A stretch of 64,000 bases of DNA, taken from Monocercomonoides exilis PA203. Its lineage: Eukaryota; Protista; Preaxostyla. Within the stretch, counting starts at the first letter, position 1. Each line of letters opens with the position of its first letter. Below, piece by piece: positions 60,601 through 64,000 of this stretch. The position numbers and the translations under genes were made by a program. The stretch is taken from the NCBI GenBank assembly GCA_001643675.2, contig LSRY02000006.1, forward strand, positions 1,860,001 to 1,924,000, in the 5' to 3' direction. Under the pieces are notes generated by a model that had not been told where the DNA came from, made no database searches, and saw only the letters and a program-made list of their open reading frames with translations.

Positions 60601-63600
60601 CTGATCCACCACTATCTGCGCTCCCCCGGTGTTAGTGTGCTGCACACCCTAGCACTTCTCCTTTATGCCCCCATTTGGAGCGAGGCAATGATCCAGTCGT
60701 TTGATTCGTGTCCTTCTCTGCTGCAGAAGTCTTCGCTGGGCATTGCAGGCTATCTCGACATTCCAGAGATCGTCTGGCGGCCGTTTCGTTCGACAGCAGC
60801 ACTGACACAATCTTCACTGAAATCTTATTCGCCAAACATAACTTCACTTTTTTCTCTTCCACCGTCTTTTGATACAGCGTGGATGCCATTTCAGCCGATT
60901 GGCTTCAACGACCCTTCTTTCATCTCTTCCTTCTTCTTTCCCACTTCTCCTCCTTCTTTTTACTGCCAAACAGGATCAGACAGACAAGAACCTAACTTAT
61001 CTGCCCCAATCTCGTATGTCGTCCCTACTCAGTCCTCTAATGAAATACATGCTCAGTCAACAATCTCCCTTCGCTTTGAGCTGCTCAGCTTTGCGCTGCA
61101 TGTCTTGCTGCTTCATCACAGCATGATTCGTTCAATGGAACTGCAATTGCTGTCACCAGACTCGAGTTCATTGTTCTTGCCAAACATCAAATTTGATGGA
61201 TGTGTAGAAGAAGAAAGCAATATTTCTTCTTCTCCTTCTGCATCAAATGACTGCTTATTGTTATCTTCAAGAATTCTTCCCAGTGCACTTAAATGTGTGA
61301 CACCATCGTTTCCTTCGTCTTCGCTTTCCCTGCTTCGCTCGTTCCTTTCTCTCTTCCGATGTATATGCGATGAGTGCTGTGCTTGCAACCAGGCAACTCT
61401 GCTTGTATTTCATTTAGCGCTGCTGATTCGATGCTCTGCTCGGATTTCTAAATCACCTTGGGATTGTGTTATGTCCTCTTCCATTTTGAAGGAGATGACG
61501 ACGATTGTGCTGCAGCGCCTAAATGTGATGAATAAACTGATGCTGCTTGAAACATTGCAATTAAATATTGAACAATTATCAAATATTAAAAATGAAATGG
61601 GCAATGAAGAGAATAATGAATTCTGGATTAATAGCTCCAACAGGAATGTTACAACTGTAACACTTAACACCACAGTAATTGATTCAATCTTTGCGTTTGT
61701 TGCAAAAGAGAAAAGCAAACTTCAACTTCAACTTCGCAACAAAATAGCTTGCCAATTTCACGAATTGAATGAAAATATGGATGTTTCCCCAAAAGACATC
61801 AACACTCCCTTACACACATCTCAAACACCCACTCCAACTGATTCTGTAAAAGTTCAAAGAAATGTTCCATCAAATGAACGAAAAGAGAACACAGCGAGCC
61901 AACAGACAACGTTAAAGGCGTTGTCATCAAGTCGGAATCTTCCATCACAATTCTTAAACATGAATCCAACCATTCAATTGATTGACAAACTTATGAAGAG
62001 CGGAAGCCAAATTCAGTATGCATTTCAGCAGATGCACCGGGCGTGGAAGTTTGTGCAAATTGCTCACGATACGCAGTTTGTGCGACTTGCTTCTCTTTTG
62101 CAAGAAATGAACTCCCAGCAAGTTCAAGAATTGCTCAACAATTCACAGTGCAATGAAGATGGAAAGGCGAAGAAAGATTCTTTGAATGCAGCTTTTTCCA
62201 AAAGAAATGGTGTGAATGATATGAGTAGAGAGGGCAACGAAACGGAAGATCATGAAACACTTTACAAGCAACTTTTTGAAAGTGCATATTTGTCCGAAAA
62301 ATTGTTGTCTGCATCTTCTTCTTCCAACGTGCTTGAATCGTTGCAGTCTTCGCAAGTGTTCAACGAACATAAAAAAAGCAATACAAATCTGATTGCCTCA
62401 AGTGATCTTTTAGAAGACCCAGGAGCTCGAATTCACATTTTCCGACGCATGGCGTTTTTAGTTGCCGCCGCTGAATGTTTTCTGTCTGCTGCTTCTCATT
62501 TTTCTAACTCTCGGCTGATTTCACTCAGTGCAACTGCTCGCCAGTTGGCTCAGCAAACTTTGTTTTTCATAAAATATCCAAAAATTTGCTGGGCAAACAA
62601 CGATGAATCGCCTGAATCTAACAAAGCTGATCTTCCTCCAGCTCAAATGCTTTCTTCTTTACACAATTTGCAAGACATTCTTTCATTTGATTTAAATCAG
62701 GCTTTAAAAGATGCAAGTTCACAAAATAAAAAGGAAGACAATCAACATACTTCAACAAATTCGATGATGAAGAATGAAGTGGGGAGGAGCAAGGGAGGAA
62801 GGAGCAGAGAAGGAAGGAGGGGAAAGGAAGAAAGAGGGGCGGGGAAGCGGGGAAAGGGGCCAGAAGGAAGGAGGATGTGGGAAGAGGTGGTGGAGGCGGA
62901 AAGCGGAAGGAGCCGGCCGCTGAAGGAGTGGTGGAGGCAGGTGTGTGTGGAGATGGAAGGGGCGGGGGTGGGGTGGGAAAGAGAAGCAGAGGCAGAGCAA
63001 GAGCGGGAGAGGGCGAAAGAGCGGGAGAGGCAGAAGAAGAAGAATGAGAGGAAGAGGGATGGGAAAGGGCTGATGGAGCGGGACATGAGCTCGACGTCGG
63101 TGGTGATGCAGAACTCGCCGTTGCGAGAAGGGGGCGGGGGAGGGGCTGGGCAGCTGCAGTTGCTTGCGAGGTCGGCGAGGCTGGTGATTGGGAGCGAAAG
63201 GGGCGGGGCGGAGGAAGGCAGGGATGGGGAGAGGTCAGGGGAGTGTGGGTGGCCTTCGTTCTTCACAGCAGCATTTTCGCTGGCGGAGGCAGACGGGGAA
63301 GGAGCGGGCGAGCAGAGCGGGTTTGAGGCGATGCACGCGAGCACGACTGCAGAGCTAGTGTGTGGAGAGGCGAGTGGGCTGCTGTTTGGGGATGGGGAGT
63401 TTGTGCCATGCTTCTTGTTTGAGTTCTGCTTGCGGCGCGGGATGCTTTCTGTTGCAGCGGAGCTGGCGAGGCAATGCCCGGCAGTGGGGGAGGCAGTGGG
63501 GACGACGATGTGGATTGGGATGCGGCAGGCGTGCAGCAGCGAGGGGAGCGAGAGCAACCGGGCAGAGTATGTGCGGCGGATGCAGGGGATGGTAGATGTT

Positions 63601-63888
63601 GTTTCGAGCAACGGAGGAGGAAGATGGGAGTCGGAGCAAAGCGGAAGGAGGCGATGGCTGCGACGGTTTGCAGGGCGAGTGCTGCCGCCGCTTCGGTGCT
63701 TTTACAAAAGCAGAAATGGTCGAGGCATAAGCGTCGAATCAGAAGGAAGAGACAAAAGAAGCGAGGAAAATGTGCAGCTAACAAAAGTGATGGAAGTACT
63801 TCGCAGAAAGATAGATGAAGGCGGAGTGGAGGACATGACTGAAAGTTTTGTTATAAAGCTGGAAGCCGAAAAGGAGGTAATAGTTTGA
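54688..63888 (+). CDS. 3066-aa hypothetical helical protein with an acidic tract and Ser-rich inserts; start uncertain
   Basis: Uninterrupted 9.2-kb ORF with poly-E at ~55210-55420. No confidently recognised domain. Confidence 0.8.
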   Translation: MFLFYFCSMVWCNLSELLKSKDEKETMTINLILKEAVNRSLPLIIENAFLHYRAMEPVDAMYSWLISTIRSPSSNFITVLPSFQKVASDINCIEHSHQHFSSLIVFLLSNCCHSLLVRCFKLFHSSSPFISFIRFHHLMKRSNQNDSIKNLICFLSTGEKYWNHDQEDYPIMNKNEKEEFDEEEEEEEEEEGDEEEEEEEEGGEDEEGEADEEEIENEEENLEEEDDENGDESEKCDNGEEEDETKRKNTSKDDESNFKSEKEESQREDQQSKENASLSHIHSASSDSIYYPSIGSSSGPSCISEEDKAEIDQIASQKGKSIFTDANEWMKEAALITICLEAAKLIEHRLLNTNEKIARKENKKSGCCRVSLKTWMDNHSENKDPVLQFCGGLCPFLPASFAEEIDKSAKIISYALEMQKGLTGNEETETETKSEDSTVVKSELTNKSDSQIGNGNKLSSFEEKAKKEHDVERSDQSEHSFDIVIRNNDPNNTQFGASSNRTSELLSADPQLLLKVLRMLSSPAASLQHSETSTLLSSGNCKFSDSQQTYHFAFKRRIFEPLSEFVAGMMASDNASDEQEEQPILDITSTEEVVPLPLNQHDESEQEGVFKHHIEDSTNAVEGGSKEASDENSDEFSTIDEKLGVTIKKLLLDDTQKQNGSSQEPVQMDDATLQSELLSLIQLWRERMKKHSDNLSEEVNCENDAKNEVSENSDNDNKKDINKKECSLSSRNSDECLETEQEEREMWCIVASIISKRARNHLVGCLLMNSFSEESFSIEEATNVTQSSLQDSTQQHNLFTPIYIQHTADSIPIVRGTSISAASPQAPFYRSKMNVFIVQLAWLILIEGEKKMMSLRSERIKKNIQSQNGTENKDGLSTPRRNNVCENEILATPAPSFSSSFLSSSLSISPPAFSPTSFSSTSFVPSTLASSYVFSSFAQSIPSTPVSASPAASFSQFSSFVNHCQTFTEHSAFLSSSFSSSSLTPSRLAPQADSSAVPSSASAERRKKLLLSVERDLFIRCVCLMCNIQLPPRCFPRIFLFKPKSSLISASSDTCLALTGSGSSFVWQNGQQLQHPSAFYASSDAELDFGLAEMFKHSSLLFSNPSSFLSTLFGKAEPQPSSSSPLVPPFFVKALSVAEDIIKRWKVATKKQTVVFLSITEAKLVIVLSRLMAEQNALKETQADSLFVSQMSNGEKKEEGKVNDTPETPRNTLQSDASRDALISYAGPGNSVLQDNEEKEKKLKKDMLALTKNIRQFVLMKTKREKELRDYLDKLGQAEDSKTQNRSIEESDHLLSQFGKTPSFLSLPQEAIEKLSSSFSVAQTDFSAILSKSQSFAVFLSSVLPPFASSVNQLIRFSPTDTLSLSQLMCLLSLHSLSHISECLTDNTNTSQSAKLSNSYLQHLPFPTQQFLLMILSHFLSLPVAVVSTAPTSLLIHRILCHVNVNNISLISSKAEIGDNKQSTNAQIFNSSANASKEIDLTPSLLYSAQVVILLSSLLLLIRPMTREEVAEVLVDCVVIGSKVLMMKEEEGKELESRSAASSDGGSSKNQQSFEHDSLKDSSYSTENIPQPLQHQSRSENSTAKLVSSASQEQDVLSTPIQPRGTSFPVSFSDSNSLHSTSATSSPPWNHSLDSAGSVSSLAFISFSHLLPSLFSISECSLVSLLLRSYKLSSSLLSSFISLCDAPHIIHNIVLSSYSSIVLLSSVFSQNLSAPTADRAAFLSAVLSPTNSAWSLFASIFISRLSSSSPFDSFIIEDADDADAEIASDSTKLSASSQNDSSLMRSPEPNPVRASYRSHRDRQRVHSIVNPSFASSPLRFTSELASRVQSDPTSSPTQSPLTSPDSSSLASPPNSSYFSHQHKASEASPVLIQTSSGAASRGVPLHGNSGNNGNASAQSLSEQFMPSLKSINSSVVHADSAVFTFSFENRLNRITVIDEESEQTDELERQRRESNARNEKVLEKYQQKMLSLIHHYLRSPGVSVLHTLALLLYAPIWSEAMIQSFDSCPSLLQKSSLGIAGYLDIPEIVWRPFRSTAALTQSSLKSYSPNITSLFSLPPSFDTAWMPFQPIGFNDPSFISSFFFPTSPPSFYCQTGSDRQEPNLSAPISYVVPTQSSNEIHAQSTISLRFELLSFALHVLLLHHSMIRSMELQLLSPDSSSLFLPNIKFDGCVEEESNISSSPSASNDCLLLSSRILPSALKCVTPSFPSSSLSLLRSFLSLFRCICDECCACNQATLLVFHLALLIRCSARISKSPWDCVMSSSILKEMTTIVLQRLNVMNKLMLLETLQLNIEQLSNIKNEMGNEENNEFWINSSNRNVTTVTLNTTVIDSIFAFVAKEKSKLQLQLRNKIACQFHELNENMDVSPKDINTPLHTSQTPTPTDSVKVQRNVPSNERKENTASQQTTLKALSSSRNLPSQFLNMNPTIQLIDKLMKSGSQIQYAFQQMHRAWKFVQIAHDTQFVRLASLLQEMNSQQVQELLNNSQCNEDGKAKKDSLNAAFSKRNGVNDMSREGNETEDHETLYKQLFESAYLSEKLLSASSSSNVLESLQSSQVFNEHKKSNTNLIASSDLLEDPGARIHIFRRMAFLVAAAECFLSAASHFSNSRLISLSATARQLAQQTLFFIKYPKICWANNDESPESNKADLPPAQMLSSLHNLQDILSFDLNQALKDASSQNKKEDNQHTSTNSMMKNEVGRSKGGRSREGRRGKEERGAGKRGKGPEGRRMWEEVVEAESGRSRPLKEWWRQVCVEMEGAGVGWEREAEAEQERERAKERERQKKKNERKRDGKGLMERDMSSTSVVMQNSPLREGGGGGAGQLQLLARSARLVIGSERGGAEEGRDGERSGECGWPSFFTAAFSLAEADGEGAGEQSGFEAMHASTTAELVCGEASGLLFGDGEFVPCFLFEFCLRRGMLSVAAELARQCPAVGEAVGTTMWIGMRQACSSEGSESNRAEYVRRMQGMVDVVSSNGGGRWESEQSGRRRWLRRFAGRVLPPLRCFYKSRNGRGISVESEGRDKRSEENVQLTKVMEVLRRKIDEGGVEDMTESFVIKLEAEKEVIV

Positions 63889-64000
63889 TTTTCTTTTGAC
63901 AAATTTCTTCTTGGTGCTGCCTTTGCGGCGCCTCTTAACCAAGAGACAGAGAGGCATTGGCTTTATGATTTTTGTACGTTTTTGTTTGTGGCCTTGCAAT

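Noticed and set aside
37036-63999. Numerous antisense and alternative-frame ORFs over the two giant genes
   Set aside because: Shadow ORFs caused by low-complexity codon usage.
1-64000. CRISPR arrays, rRNA and tRNA genes
   Set aside because: No repeat-spacer array or recognisable rRNA/tRNA signature seen. Tandem repeats are coding microsatellites.

Overview
Eukaryotic protist DNA: AT-rich intergenic spacers, short GT-AG introns and proteins inflated by Ser-rich and acidic low-complexity inserts. TAA, TAG and TGA all end intact genes, so the genetic code is standard. The style resembles an oxymonad such as Monocercomonoides (inference, not verified). Host genes: the 3' part of an LRR+DUSP gene, an AAC4-like gene, an importin-beta-family gene, a Ser/Thr kinase with an ARM-like tail head-to-head with beta-tubulin, a 5863-aa intronless IP3R/RyR-family channel with a non-canonical pore, and a 3066-aa unknown protein. 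The 8.5-30 kb interval is an accessory or decaying zone. It holds a pogo-like DDE pseudogene and two fragmented, divergently oriented low-complexity genes. Between them lies the main finding, an apparently intact Sola2-like DDD DNA transposon. Its spliced ~1202-aa transposase carries a complete ubiquitin-specific protease (USP/C19) domain inserted inside it. The gene is bracketed by a near-perfect 1.4-kb inverted repeat (14828-16226 / 21876-23274) containing nested 13-bp palindromic motifs, and is followed by a GC-rich, potentially pseudoknotted element just after the stop codon.
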